From: Ignavibacteriales bacterium | GTDB lineage: Bacteria > Bacteroidota > Ignavibacteria > UBA10030 | NCBI GenBank assembly: GCA_037446575.1 | Contig: JBBIII010000003.1 | Coordinates: 1 to 57,815 of the forward strand | DNA: 57,815 nt | Direction: 5' to 3' | In this document: positions 42,065-52,074 of the stretch, piece by piece | Numbering within the stretch: the stretch's first letter is position 1 | Layout: each line of letters opens with the position of its first letter | The notes under the pieces: generated by a model | Seen by the model: only the letters and a program-made list of their open reading frames with translations | What the model was told of the DNA's origin: nothing | Databases searched by the model: none | Translations under genes and position numbers: made by a program

Positions 42065-43302
42065 TATGAAAATCTTAATAATGTAATCGGATCCATTTTA
42101 GCGGCAACCTTCGATGGTAAATATGACGCCGCAAAACTCATTAGAAGCGATGCAATGCTAACAATTAAAAAATTAAATAAAGATAAATCAATCGGAACGT
42201 GTGTCATAAAATAAATTCCAGAAGGCAACGGAAAAAAACGATAGCTTAATTCTGCCCAGCATAGTAAAAAAGCAATTAGATTACCAAATATTGTGCCAAC
42301 AATGCCAATTAACATTCCTTGTTTCAGAAAGATCTTAACAATAGTAATCCTTTTCATTCCTAATGCCATTAAGGTGCCAATGTCATTTGATTTACCAAGA
42401 ATCATCATTAAAAGCGTGCCAATAATGTTGACAGTTGCAACGATAATAATTAGGGTAAGAATAATAAGAATAGGCATCTTTTGCATATCAATCCATGCAA
42501 ATAAATTTCTATACTGCTGGAACATCGTGCGGGCATAATATGGATAGCCAAGATATTCTGGTATCTGAATCGAAAGCGTATCTAAATACTTCAAATTATT
42601 TACCAAGATATCGAAACCAGATACTGTTTTCCCGACCTGAAATAATCGTTGAGCATTCCGCAAATTTATATATACAACGCTACCATCATAATCAGCCATG
42701 CCTGTTTCATAAATTCCACTTATTTCAAATTGCATAATTTTAGTTTGTGAAAGCGAAAGCGATGTGCCGCCAAGCGCATATATAAAAACCCTATCATTAA
42801 GATTTGCATTCAATTTTTCAGCAAGTCGTTTTCCGATTATAACGCGTTGAAGACCATAGTCGCGTTCTTCTAAATCGTATTTTCCGTAAATAAGCCGCTT
42901 CTTTCCCGCTGAAATATCATTATCAGGATCAACTCCTTTAATCAGTATTCCATCAATATCATAATTTGATCGCATCATTCCTTCTCTGGAAAGATATGGG
43001 GCAATCTCAACAACTTCAGGAAACCGAGCTATTACTTTTTGCATAGTTATATCGTGTTCACGTAGCAAGTCGTTTTCAAATGCAAATAATTGCATATGAG
43101 CGGTAAAACTGACTACATTTTCTTTAATTGTTTTCTCGAAACCTCCGAGTATGGCAAGCGTTATGTTTAAACTGGCTACGCCTAATGTTACTCCAATTAT
43201 TGCAATGATTGTTATAAAAGAAATAAATCCGCTATTATGCCTTGACAACAAATGTCTGACAGCAATGAAATCGGATACATCCGTTCTAAAAATTCGAAGC
43301 AT
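42064..43302 (-). CDS. LolC/LolE-family lipoprotein-release permease (FtsX-like), second paralog
   Basis: 412 aa with the same architecture. 1-nt overlaps with both neighbours. Confidence 0.9.
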   Translation of the reverse strand: MLRIFRTDVSDFIAVRHLLSRHNSGFISFITIIAIIGVTLGVASLNITLAILGGFEKTIKENVVSFTAHMQLFAFENDLLREHDITMQKVIARFPEVVEIAPYLSREGMMRSNYDIDGILIKGVDPDNDISAGKKRLIYGKYDLEERDYGLQRVIIGKRLAEKLNANLNDRVFIYALGGTSLSLSQTKIMQFEISGIYETGMADYDGSVVYINLRNAQRLFQVGKTVSGFDILVNNLKYLDTLSIQIPEYLGYPYYARTMFQQYRNLFAWIDMQKMPILIILTLIIIVATVNIIGTLLMMILGKSNDIGTLMALGMKRITIVKIFLKQGMLIGIVGTIFGNLIAFLLCWAELSYRFFPLPSGIYFMTHVPIDLSLFNFLIVSIASLLMSFAASYLPSKVAAKMDPITLLRFS

Positions 43303-44418
43303 TAATTACTCTGGTTATTTTTGGAATTTTCAAGAAGACATTTCTTAATAAATTCATCAATATCGCCATCCATAACTGATTGAACATCCCCTTTTTCTGC
43401 GCCAGTTCTATGATCTTTGACAAGCTGATATGGTTGAAATGTATATGAACGGATTTGGCTTCCCCATTCTATTTTTTTCTTAGTGCTTTCTATAGCATTT
43501 AATCTTGCTTCTTCTTCTTCACGTTTAATTTGATACAAGCGTGATTTTAACATTTTCATAGCACGTTCTCTATTTTGAAATTGTGAACGCTCTTGTTGAC
43601 AGGCTACAATTACGCCGGAAGGTATATGCGTTATTCTTACTGCCGTTTCTACTTTATTAACGTTTTGTCCGCCTTTGCCACCCGATCTATAAGTGTCAAT
43701 TTTTATATCAGCAGGATTAATTTCAATTTCGACATCATCTTCTATTTCAGGATACACAAAAACCGAGGCAAAGGAAGTATGACGTCTTGCATTGGAATCG
43801 AAAGGTGAAATTCTGACAAGTCTATGTACTCCAATCTCAGCTTTTAAATAACCATAGGCATACTTGCCTACGACTTCTATAGTTGCGCTTTTTATTCCAG
43901 CCCCTTCTCCTTCTAACATGTCTGCAAGAAAAACTTTGAATCCTTTCCTTTCACTCCAGCGAGAGTACATTCTTAAGAGCATTTCTGCCCAATCTTGCGC
44001 TTCTGTTCCGCCTGCTCCAGAATGAATAGTCAAGAAAGCATTTTTTTCGTCGTCAGGATTGCTTAACATATTTTTCAATTCGAGGTTATCTATTCCCACC
44101 CGAATTCGATCTAAGTCTTTCTTCGCCTCATTCTCATAGCTAATTTCTTGCAACTGCTCTGCCATTTCAATTAAAGAGTTAGTTTCTGTATAAAGATCAT
44201 TAAGATTGTTCCAAGCTGTGACCCATTCTTTTTTTTGATTTATAGATTGAATAATTTTTTGGGCTTTAATATTGTCATTCCAAAAATCATTATTAGTAGT
44301 TAATTTTTGCAATTCTTCAATTTCTTTTATGTTCTCATCAATGTTAAAGATACCCCCTAAGGGCAGTTAATCTTTTTTGTTGTTCTTCAAGTTGCGCTTT
44401 ATATTCTGAAAAATTCAA
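43302..44418 (-). CDS. prfB: Peptide chain release factor 2, expressed through a programmed +1 ribosomal frameshift
   Basis: ORF0 runs 44418..44344 (TTG start, [24 protein letters not shown]). The +1 frame runs from 44345 to 43302 and carries SPF (RISPFDS) and GGQ ([10 protein letters not shown]). Confidence 0.9.
44343..44358 (-). other. prfB: prfB recoding site AGGGGG-TAT-CTT-TAA-C (+1 frameshift)
   Basis: Read directly on the minus strand. It has an internal SD-like AGGGGG, the slippery CTT T, an in-frame TAA and then C. Confidence 0.85.
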
Positions 44419-44430
44419 TGTTAATTCCTT

Positions 44431-46197
44431 TTATTTAATTTTAATATGTAACTCATTTAATTGTTTTTGATCTACAACTGACGGTGCATCGTCCATTAAA
44501 GACAAACCGCTTGTTGTTTTAGGAAAAGCAATTACATCTCGTATAGACTCGCTTCCAGTTATAAGCATTAAAATTCTATCGAAACCGAATGCAATGCCGC
44601 CATGTGGCGGCGCGCCATATTTAAATGCATCTAACAAAAACCCGAATCTCATATCAGCTTCTGCTTTTTCTATACCTAATAATTCGAACATTTTATTTTG
44701 CATTTCCGGCGTGTGAATCCTTATACTCCCGCCTGCAATTTCATTCCCATTGAGAACTAAATCATAAGCACGCGCGTGTACTTTATCTGGTTCAGTATCT
44801 AATAATTTTACATCATCATCTTTTGGCGCGGTAAATGGATGGTGAACTGCAACAAATCGCTTTTCATCGTTATCGTATTCAAGCAATGGAAAATCTGTAA
44901 TCCAGATGAAATTCCATTTTTCTTTTTGTATTAGATTTAGCTTTTGCGCCATTTCGAGACGTAATGCGCCAAGCACAGTTAATGTTTTTTTCCATTCTCC
45001 AGAGACAAGCAAAATTAAATCGCCAATCTGCGCATTAAATTTTTTAACGATTTCCTTCGTCTCTTCTTCTGTAATGAATTTATTAATTGAAGATTCTGTC
45101 TTGTCTTCATTCACTCGGAAATAAATCAGTCCGCCAGCGCCAAGCGTCTTAACAAAATCTGTTAACATATCTAATTGATTTCTTGTATATGAAGCAAGTC
45201 CTTTTACATTTATTCCGGCAACAATTCCATTATTTTTTATGGTTTCGCTAAAAATGCGAAAATTTGAATGACGAGCAATTTCTGAACAATTCGTTATTTC
45301 TAAACCGAAGCGCGTGTCGGGTTTGTCGCTTCCGTATTTTTCCATAGCTTCTTTATATGTTAACCTTGGAAAAGTTAATTGCAAATCATACTCTAATATT
45401 CCGGAAAATATTTTTCTTATTGCGCCTTCTGTTATATTCTGAACATCCTCTTCGTTGGCGAAAGACATTTCAATGTCGATTTGTGTAAATTCAAGTTGGC
45501 GATCGGCTCGTAAATCTTCATCTCTAAAGCACTTCACAATTTGAAAATATTTGTCATAACCAGCAACCATTAGAATCTGTTTGTAAGTTTGGGGAGATTG
45601 CGGCAAGGCATAAAATTTTCCTTTGTGCAATCTGCTTGGCACGAGAAAATCACGAGCACCTTCTGGAGTGCTTTTCATTAAAACGGGCGTTTCAATTTCA
45701 AGAAATCCATTTTCATCAAAATACTTGCGCGCAATTTGATACGCTCTATGTCTGATTACAAGCTTTTCTTGTACTAAAGGTCTTCTCAAATCGAGATATC
45801 TGTATTTTAACCTGAGATCTTCGTTAATTTCAGCATATTCATCTAAAGAAAAAGGCGGGGTGTCGGATTTATTTAGTATTTGAATTTCGTTCACGTCAAC
45901 TTCAATTTCACCTGTAGGAATATTTAAATTTTCAGTTTCTTTAGGTCGAATATTCACACTCCCTGTAACAGAGATAACATATTCAGAGCGCAAAGTTTTT
46001 GCAGTTTCATATGAAATATTATCTCTTTCGGGTGAGAATGCTATTTGTGTTATTCCATATCTATCGCGTAGATCAATAAAAATTAAACCGCCCAAATCTC
46101 TTCGTTTATCAACCCATCCGTTTAATGTTACAACTTTTCCAAGATGACTTTTTCTAAGTTCACCACATGTTGCAGTTCGTTTTTTATATTTTTCCAA
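44431..46197 (-). CDS. aspS: Aspartate--tRNA ligase
   Basis: 588 aa. OB fold N-terminus, FRDEDLRADRQLEFTQID, GGSIRIH and GFDRILM class II motifs. Confidence 0.95.
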   Translation of the reverse strand: MEKYKKRTATCGELRKSHLGKVVTLNGWVDKRRDLGGLIFIDLRDRYGITQIAFSPERDNISYETAKTLRSEYVISVTGSVNIRPKETENLNIPTGEIEVDVNEIQILNKSDTPPFSLDEYAEINEDLRLKYRYLDLRRPLVQEKLVIRHRAYQIARKYFDENGFLEIETPVLMKSTPEGARDFLVPSRLHKGKFYALPQSPQTYKQILMVAGYDKYFQIVKCFRDEDLRADRQLEFTQIDIEMSFANEEDVQNITEGAIRKIFSGILEYDLQLTFPRLTYKEAMEKYGSDKPDTRFGLEITNCSEIARHSNFRIFSETIKNNGIVAGINVKGLASYTRNQLDMLTDFVKTLGAGGLIYFRVNEDKTESSINKFITEEETKEIVKKFNAQIGDLILLVSGEWKKTLTVLGALRLEMAQKLNLIQKEKWNFIWITDFPLLEYDNDEKRFVAVHHPFTAPKDDDVKLLDTEPDKVHARAYDLVLNGNEIAGGSIRIHTPEMQNKMFELLGIEKAEADMRFGFLLDAFKYGAPPHGGIAFGFDRILMLITGSESIRDVIAFPKTTSGLSLMDDAPSVVDQKQLNELHIKIK

Positions 46198-46216
46198 ATT
46201 ATCCTCATGAATATTT

Positions 46217-46260
46217 TAAAAAAAAAGCGAGAAGCGCTAATAATGCGTCTACTTCTCGCT
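46217..46260 (-). terminator. Rho-independent terminator after trxA
   Basis: Minus strand reads AGCGAGAAG-(17-nt loop)-CTTCTCGCT followed by a run of 9 T, 15 nt after the trxA stop. Confidence 0.75.
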
Positions 46261-46274
46261 TGTCAATTCTTTAT

Positions 46275-46598
46275 TCAATTTATATGCTTTGATATCTTTT
46301 CGATGAGTGCTTTTTTTGGAGCCGCGCCAACAATTTGTTCGACAACTTTGCCATCTTTAAAAATCAATAACGTTGGAATACTTCGTATTCCAAATTTCAT
46401 TGCAAAATTTTGATTACTATCTATATCAACCTTGCCAACCTTTAATTTACCTTCAAATTCATTAGCAATTTCATCAACTATCGGCGCAATCATCTTGCAA
46501 GGCATGCACCAAATTGCCCAAAAATCTACTAGTACCGGCAAATTGGATTTAAGCACCTCCGTTTCAAAATTGTTGTCAGTTATTTCTATTGGCTTCAT
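46275..46598 (-). CDS. trxA: Thioredoxin with WCMPC active site
   Basis: 107 aa. VDFWAIWCMPCKMIAPIV aligns with E. coli VDFWAEWCGPCKMIAPIL. Codons TGG TGC ATG CCT TGC verified at 46511..46497. Confidence 0.9.
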   Translation of the reverse strand: MKPIEITDNNFETEVLKSNLPVLVDFWAIWCMPCKMIAPIVDEIANEFEGKLKVGKVDIDSNQNFAMKFGIRSIPTLLIFKDGKVVEQIVGAAPKKALIEKISKHIN

Positions 46599-46607
46599 TT
46601 TATTCCT

Positions 46608-49600
46608 TTATTTATCGCTAAGCTTAATCGAATATTCACCTAATAATTGTTTCACTGCATTTGTGAATTTTTGATTAGGATCAATCGAATATTTTCTTGT
46701 TAAATATATCGAATTGTTCACTAATCCGCCACCTGTTATATTTAATATACATTTACATTTTCCATTATTTTGTTCAATTATCTTTATCAATTCAAAAATC
46801 TTATTTTCTTGCAAAGAATCTAAATTCAGGTTTATACAAACACTTTTTGCGAATTTTTTTCGAACTTCTTCAATATTAATAATTTCATTTACAATGACCT
46901 TAATAGCTTCTTCACTGCCATCATTTTTTCCTATCATCATTACAATAGAGCCTTTATAGAGCAAAGATGAATATTTCTGGTATGCATCTGCAAAAACAAT
47001 ACATTCAGCTTTTCCTGTAAAATCTTCTATAGTTACAAATGCCATAGTTTTACCGCGTTTATCTATTTTATTCTTTATCTCTGAAATAATACCGCACACT
47101 CTAACAGTCGCGGTCAATTTTACGTTGTGCGCTTCATTCAGTTTAGCGGTTGCGAGTCCTTCAATTTCATCTCTATATTTTATGAGCGGATGCCCTGAAA
47201 CATAAAAACCCAAGACCGACTTTTCTCGCGTAAGTTTTTCTATTTCTGACCAAGGCGCAATTGTTCCCAAAGTTGGTTTATGCGTAATTATTGTGCCTCC
47301 ACTTTCAAATAAACTTGATTGTCCTTTTTCAATTTGAATTTGTAACTTTTGCCCGTAAGAAATTTCTGTTTCTACGTGCTCAAATAATTGCGCTCTATTA
47401 TTATTAAGAGAATCTAATGCACCTGCCTGTATTAAACCTTCTAATGTTTTCTTATTTACTATTCGAAGATCGACACGGGAACATAAATCAAAAATATCAT
47501 TAAATTTTCCTTGCTCACTTCTTGTCCGGACAATATTTTCTACAGCGCTAATTCCAACATTTTTTATTGCGCTCAAGCCAAATCGAATTCCTTTAGGAGT
47601 TACAACAAAATTTACACCGCTTTCATTCACATCTGGCGGAAAAACTTCAATGCCTAACTTACGGCATTCATCTATTAGCACAACAATTTTATCGGTATTA
47701 TCCATTTCACTAGAAAGTGTTGCAGCCATATATTCTGCAGGATAATGCGCCTTTAGGTAGGCTGTTTGATATGCTAATACCGAATATGCAACGCTATGAG
47801 ATTTGTTAAAACCATAAGAGGCGAATTTCTCTATCAAATCGAAAATATCAGCCGCTATTTTTCTCTCGATATTTTTCTTAACAGCGCTTTCAACAAATTC
47901 TTTCTTCTGTTTCGCCATTAATTCTTTGTCTTTTTTTCCCATAGCTCGTCGTAATATATCAGCTTGAGCTAAACTTAAACCTCCTATTTCACTTGCTATT
48001 TTAATTACCTGTTCCTGATATACAATTACACCGTATGTTTCCTTCAAAATCGATTCTAATTTTGGATGAAGGTATGAAATTTTTTGTCTTCCATTTTTAC
48101 GATCAATAAAATCAGGTATATAATCCATGGGCCCAGGGCGATATAACGCATTCATTGCAACTAGATCATGGATAGTGGAGGGTTTAAGTTTACGCAAATA
48201 TTCTTGCATTCCAGAACTTTCAAATTGGAAAAGAGCTACTGTTTGTCCGCGACTAAAAAGTCCTAAAGTCTTTGCATCATCTTCCGGTAAATTAAATAAA
48301 TCAATTTCTACACTGCATTTTTCCTTAATCATACTTAATGCATTATCAAGCACTGTGAGAGTACGCAAACCAAGAAAATCCATTTTTAGAAGACCAGCAT
48401 CTTCAAGGTCTTTCATATTATATTGAGTCATCATATCGGTTTGTGGAGTCTTATACATAGGGACAAAATCAGTAATGTCCCCTGGAGCTATTACAACACC
48501 AGCCGCATGTGTCGAAACATTTCTATTTAATCCTTCAAGAATTTTTGCAGTATTAATTAACAATCTAATCTTTTCATCAGCACTTTCATTTACCCATTTC
48601 AAATCTGGAACAGAGTTTAATGATTCTTCAATCGTCATCACTTTGCCTTGTATGACTGGAATTTGTTTAGTAATCGAATCTATTACAGACAGCTGAATGC
48701 CCAAAACTCTTCCAACATCCTTTAATACTGCACGCGCAGACATTGTGCCAAAGGTAACTATTTGCGCTACTGAATTTTCTCCGTACTTATTCTTAACATA
48801 TTCGATTACTTTATCACGTTTATTATCTGAAAAATCGATATCAATATCAGGCATCGAAATTCGGTCAGAATTAAGAAAACGTTCAAAAAGTAAATCATAT
48901 TTTAAGGGATCAATATCAGTAATTCCAAGCGCATAAGATACTATACTGCCTGCCGCGCTGCCGCGTCCGGGACCTACTCGAACTCCATATTCACGCGCCG
49001 CATTAATAAAATCCTGAACAATAAGAAAATAACTTGCATAGTCCATTTTCTGAATAACTTCAACTTCTCGCTCCATCCTTTTTGTTATTTCCTCTGTAAC
49101 GACCGGATATCTTCTCGTTATTCCCTCCCTGACTAATAGTTTAAAGTATTCATTGGCGTTTTGAATTCCCGATTCTTTCGGTAATGGAAATTCCGGCATA
49201 TGGTTCTTTTTCAATTCTAATTCGAGATTGCATTTTTCAGCTATTTCTAATGTTGATTCGATCGCTTCTGGATATTCTTTGAATAATTCTATCATCTCTT
49301 CAGAAGATTTAAAATATAGCTGGTCAGTTTGATATTTTAATCTCATATAATCTAATGAATTGCCTACACTCGCTTCTGGAATATGTAGCATTATGTTGTG
49401 GGGTATTGCATGCTCTCGCTTTATATAGTGACAATCGTTAGTCGCTACAAGCTTGATGTTAATTTCTTTTCCAATCTTTGGGAGTTCGATAAGAAGCGGC
49501 TTTTCTTTTTCTAATCCATGATTTTGAATTTCGAGATAGAAATCTTCACCAAAAATATTTTTTAGTATTGATGCATTTTCTAATGCTTCTTTATAATTCC

Positions 49601-50072
49601 CGAGAATAATTTGCTCGTTCACTATACCTGCTGGGCAAGCAGTTGTAGCTATAAGCCCATTTTTATATTTTTCCAATAGCTCTATATCTATACGCGGCTT
49701 ATGATAATATCCCTCTGTGTGACCTAATGTGCTTAGCTTCATTAAATTTTTGTAGCCGATAATATCTTTAGCTAAAAGCAGTATATGATTATAAATGCCC
49801 CTCCCCTGCCCTTTTGCCAATTTGTTTAAATCATAGCTTTTATCAAATCGATTTCCTTTTGTAACGATATAAGCTTCACACCCAATGATTGGTTTAATTC
49901 CTTTGTTTAATGCGCTTTTATAAAACTCTATTGCACCAAACAATACGCCATGATCTGTTAGCGCTACAGCCGGCATTTTCATTTCAACCGTAGCATTAAT
50001 CAGATTTTGGATTGACGCCGCGCCATCCAACAAACTATAATGAGTATGGTTATGGAGGTGAATGAATTGCAT
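46608..50072 (-). CDS. dnaE: DNA polymerase III subunit alpha
   Basis: 1154 aa. PHP domain HLHNHTHYSLLDGA, polymerase core, HhH, and OB fold near the C-terminus. Confidence 0.95.
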   Translation of the reverse strand: MQFIHLHNHTHYSLLDGAASIQNLINATVEMKMPAVALTDHGVLFGAIEFYKSALNKGIKPIIGCEAYIVTKGNRFDKSYDLNKLAKGQGRGIYNHILLLAKDIIGYKNLMKLSTLGHTEGYYHKPRIDIELLEKYKNGLIATTACPAGIVNEQIILGNYKEALENASILKNIFGEDFYLEIQNHGLEKEKPLLIELPKIGKEINIKLVATNDCHYIKREHAIPHNIMLHIPEASVGNSLDYMRLKYQTDQLYFKSSEEMIELFKEYPEAIESTLEIAEKCNLELELKKNHMPEFPLPKESGIQNANEYFKLLVREGITRRYPVVTEEITKRMEREVEVIQKMDYASYFLIVQDFINAAREYGVRVGPGRGSAAGSIVSYALGITDIDPLKYDLLFERFLNSDRISMPDIDIDFSDNKRDKVIEYVKNKYGENSVAQIVTFGTMSARAVLKDVGRVLGIQLSVIDSITKQIPVIQGKVMTIEESLNSVPDLKWVNESADEKIRLLINTAKILEGLNRNVSTHAAGVVIAPGDITDFVPMYKTPQTDMMTQYNMKDLEDAGLLKMDFLGLRTLTVLDNALSMIKEKCSVEIDLFNLPEDDAKTLGLFSRGQTVALFQFESSGMQEYLRKLKPSTIHDLVAMNALYRPGPMDYIPDFIDRKNGRQKISYLHPKLESILKETYGVIVYQEQVIKIASEIGGLSLAQADILRRAMGKKDKELMAKQKKEFVESAVKKNIERKIAADIFDLIEKFASYGFNKSHSVAYSVLAYQTAYLKAHYPAEYMAATLSSEMDNTDKIVVLIDECRKLGIEVFPPDVNESGVNFVVTPKGIRFGLSAIKNVGISAVENIVRTRSEQGKFNDIFDLCSRVDLRIVNKKTLEGLIQAGALDSLNNNRAQLFEHVETEISYGQKLQIQIEKGQSSLFESGGTIITHKPTLGTIAPWSEIEKLTREKSVLGFYVSGHPLIKYRDEIEGLATAKLNEAHNVKLTATVRVCGIISEIKNKIDKRGKTMAFVTIEDFTGKAECIVFADAYQKYSSLLYKGSIVMMIGKNDGSEEAIKVIVNEIINIEEVRKKFAKSVCINLNLDSLQENKIFELIKIIEQNNGKCKCILNITGGGLVNNSIYLTRKYSIDPNQKFTNAVKQLLGEYSIKLSDK

Positions 50073-50126
50073 TTGAAAATTAGATCGATGTAAGGATATA
50101 GCTATATGTAAAAATATATTTTTTAA

Positions 50127-51821
50127 TTACGATAATAATTCTTTTTTGATTTCAGTAATAATCGAAGTTATGGGTATTTTTTTTCTTTCGCCGGTACGTC
50201 GATATTTAAACTCGACTTCCCCATTTTTCAAACTTTTTTCACCAATTATAATTTGATAAGGCATACCAAGTAAATCGGCGTCTTTAAATTTAAACCCGGG
50301 TGTAACATCTTTGCGATCATCATAAATAACTTCAATATTCGCTTCAATCAGTTTTTTATAGATTTCATTGGAGTTTTCCCTCACATCCGCGTTATTCATA
50401 TTTACAGCAATAATATGAACAAGATAAGGTGCAAGAGCTTTATTCCAAATTATTCCATCTTTATCATTGTTTTGCTCTATGTAACATGCTACAATTCGCT
50501 CCATCCCAATGCCATAGCTTCCCATTATAACGGGTTGTGCTTTCCCATTTTCGTCAAGATATTTTATGTTCAGCGCATCGGAATATTTTACGCCAAGTTT
50601 AAAAATGTGTCCAAGTTCTATTGCGTTGGATATTTTTAAATATTCTCGGCATTGAGGACATTGTTCGCCGTTTTCAACTGTACGCAGATCGTAATAAGCG
50701 TCAATTTTAGTGTCTCTATCTAAATCAATATTTGCGATGTGATAATCATTTTTATTTGCTCCGCTTATTAAACCATCGGCATTTTCCAATCGTTTATCAG
50801 CAATAATTTTAAAACCTGTTAAATTAACAGGACCTATTGAACCACCATCGGCTCCTGTAAGTCTCTGTAATTCTTCTGGTTCGATTGGCGAAAATTCACC
50901 TCCGCCTAACGCTGAATTTAATTTTGATTCATTAAGCTGATCATTTCCCATCATTAAAATAAGTATCGGCTTTCCATTATGCCGATAGACTAATGATTTT
51001 GCAAAGTGAGTGTGATCGATTTTTAAAAATTTTACCAGATCATCTATAGTTTTAATATTTGGAGTATGAATTTCTTTTAACGGTTCGTTTATTTCTAAGC
51101 GTCTAACTTTTGGAAAATAAGATGTCGCTATTTCCATATTAGCCGCATATCCGCATTTGGAGCAAAGAACGGTTGTGTCTTCTCCAAATTCTGATTCAAT
51201 CATAAATTCTTGCGAACCGGTGCCCCCCATAGCTCCGCTCGAAGCCCCTACAATAAAAAATTTTATACCGCAACGAGAAAATATTTTTTTATATGCTTCT
51301 GCATGCGCTTCATAACTCTTATCTAAATCTTCCCAAGAATGATCTAAAGAATACGAATCTTTCATTATGAACTGACGCCCACGGAGCACACCCGAGCGAG
51401 GTCTCGGCTCATTTCTAAATTTTGTTTGTATTTGATACCAAGTTTGTGGTAAATCCTTATATGATTGAATATGCATGCTCGCTATATAACCTATAACCTC
51501 TTCGTGTGTTGGGGCAAGCACTAATTCCCTTTCTTTAATGCTTAAAATAAAATTAGGTATATTTCTCCGTCCAGTTTGTATCCACAACGATTCCGGATTT
51601 AGAGCTGGCAATAAAAATTCCTGTCCCCCGATTGCATTCATTTCTTCTCGCACAATTTCTATCGCCTTTTGAATAGCACGATACCCTAAAGGCAGATATG
51701 AATACACGCCGGCTGTTAATTGTCTCATTAATCCTGCGCGCAGCATTAATTTATGACTTGGAATACTTGCATCGGCAGGGATTTCTTTAAGTGTGGGAAT
51801 AAACGCTTGGCTTAATTTCAT
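50127..51821 (-). CDS. proS: Proline--tRNA ligase (bacterial type with INS editing domain)
   Basis: 564 aa. Class II motifs (FRNEPRPRSGVLRGRQF, GSYGIGMERI), a central insertion domain and a C-terminal anticodon-binding domain. Confidence 0.95.
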   Translation of the reverse strand: MKLSQAFIPTLKEIPADASIPSHKLMLRAGLMRQLTAGVYSYLPLGYRAIQKAIEIVREEMNAIGGQEFLLPALNPESLWIQTGRRNIPNFILSIKERELVLAPTHEEVIGYIASMHIQSYKDLPQTWYQIQTKFRNEPRPRSGVLRGRQFIMKDSYSLDHSWEDLDKSYEAHAEAYKKIFSRCGIKFFIVGASSGAMGGTGSQEFMIESEFGEDTTVLCSKCGYAANMEIATSYFPKVRRLEINEPLKEIHTPNIKTIDDLVKFLKIDHTHFAKSLVYRHNGKPILILMMGNDQLNESKLNSALGGGEFSPIEPEELQRLTGADGGSIGPVNLTGFKIIADKRLENADGLISGANKNDYHIANIDLDRDTKIDAYYDLRTVENGEQCPQCREYLKISNAIELGHIFKLGVKYSDALNIKYLDENGKAQPVIMGSYGIGMERIVACYIEQNNDKDGIIWNKALAPYLVHIIAVNMNNADVRENSNEIYKKLIEANIEVIYDDRKDVTPGFKFKDADLLGMPYQIIIGEKSLKNGEVEFKYRRTGERKKIPITSIITEIKKELLS

Positions 51822-51861
51822 AATTAATCATTCAATAAGTTTATCGATTCTGTGTTCGTTT

Positions 51862-51914
51862 AATAAATAAAAGCCAATCTCGCAGTAATTCTGAATCAGA
51901 ATTCTGAAATTGGC
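51862..51914 (-). terminator. Probable terminator between tRNA-Arg and proS
   Basis: Minus strand reads GCCAAT-ttcAGAATTCTGattCAGAATTactgcgag-ATTGGC (nested inverted repeats) followed by TTTTATTTATT. Confidence 0.5.
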
Positions 51915-51920
51915 AAATCG

Positions 51921-51994
51921 TACCCCCGAGACGATTCGAACGTCCGACACGCGGTTTAGGAAACCGCTGCTCTATCCATCTGAGCTACGGGGGC
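51921..51994 (-). tRNA. tRNA-Arg (anticodon CCU)
   Basis: Minus strand GCCCCCG-TA-GCTC-AGATGGATA-GAGC-A-GCGGT-TTCCTAA-ACCGC-GTGTC-GGACG-TTCGAAT-CGTCT-CGGGGGT-A. Confidence 0.9.
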
Positions 51995-52074
51995 ATGTGT
52001 CAATTAAATCTTTTTGATTTTAAAAAGAACTACAATATTTTAAATATACGAGAACTGTTTAGGGATAGCAATAA

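Noticed and set aside
46198-46274. T-box or riboswitch leaders upstream of aspS (also checked upstream of proS at 51822..51920)
   Set aside because: The spacers are short and are accounted for by terminator hairpins of the upstream trxA and tRNA-Arg genes. No specifier or antiterminator-like architecture is visible.
46608-50072. Possible intein or insertion in dnaE
   Set aside because: The length (1154 aa) and the continuous conserved blocks are typical for DnaE. No Hint-like block was noticed.
50096-50107. 12-nt perfect palindrome ATATAGCTATAT between proS and dnaE
   Set aside because: Palindromes of this size are expected by chance in AT-rich intergenic DNA, and nothing supports a function.
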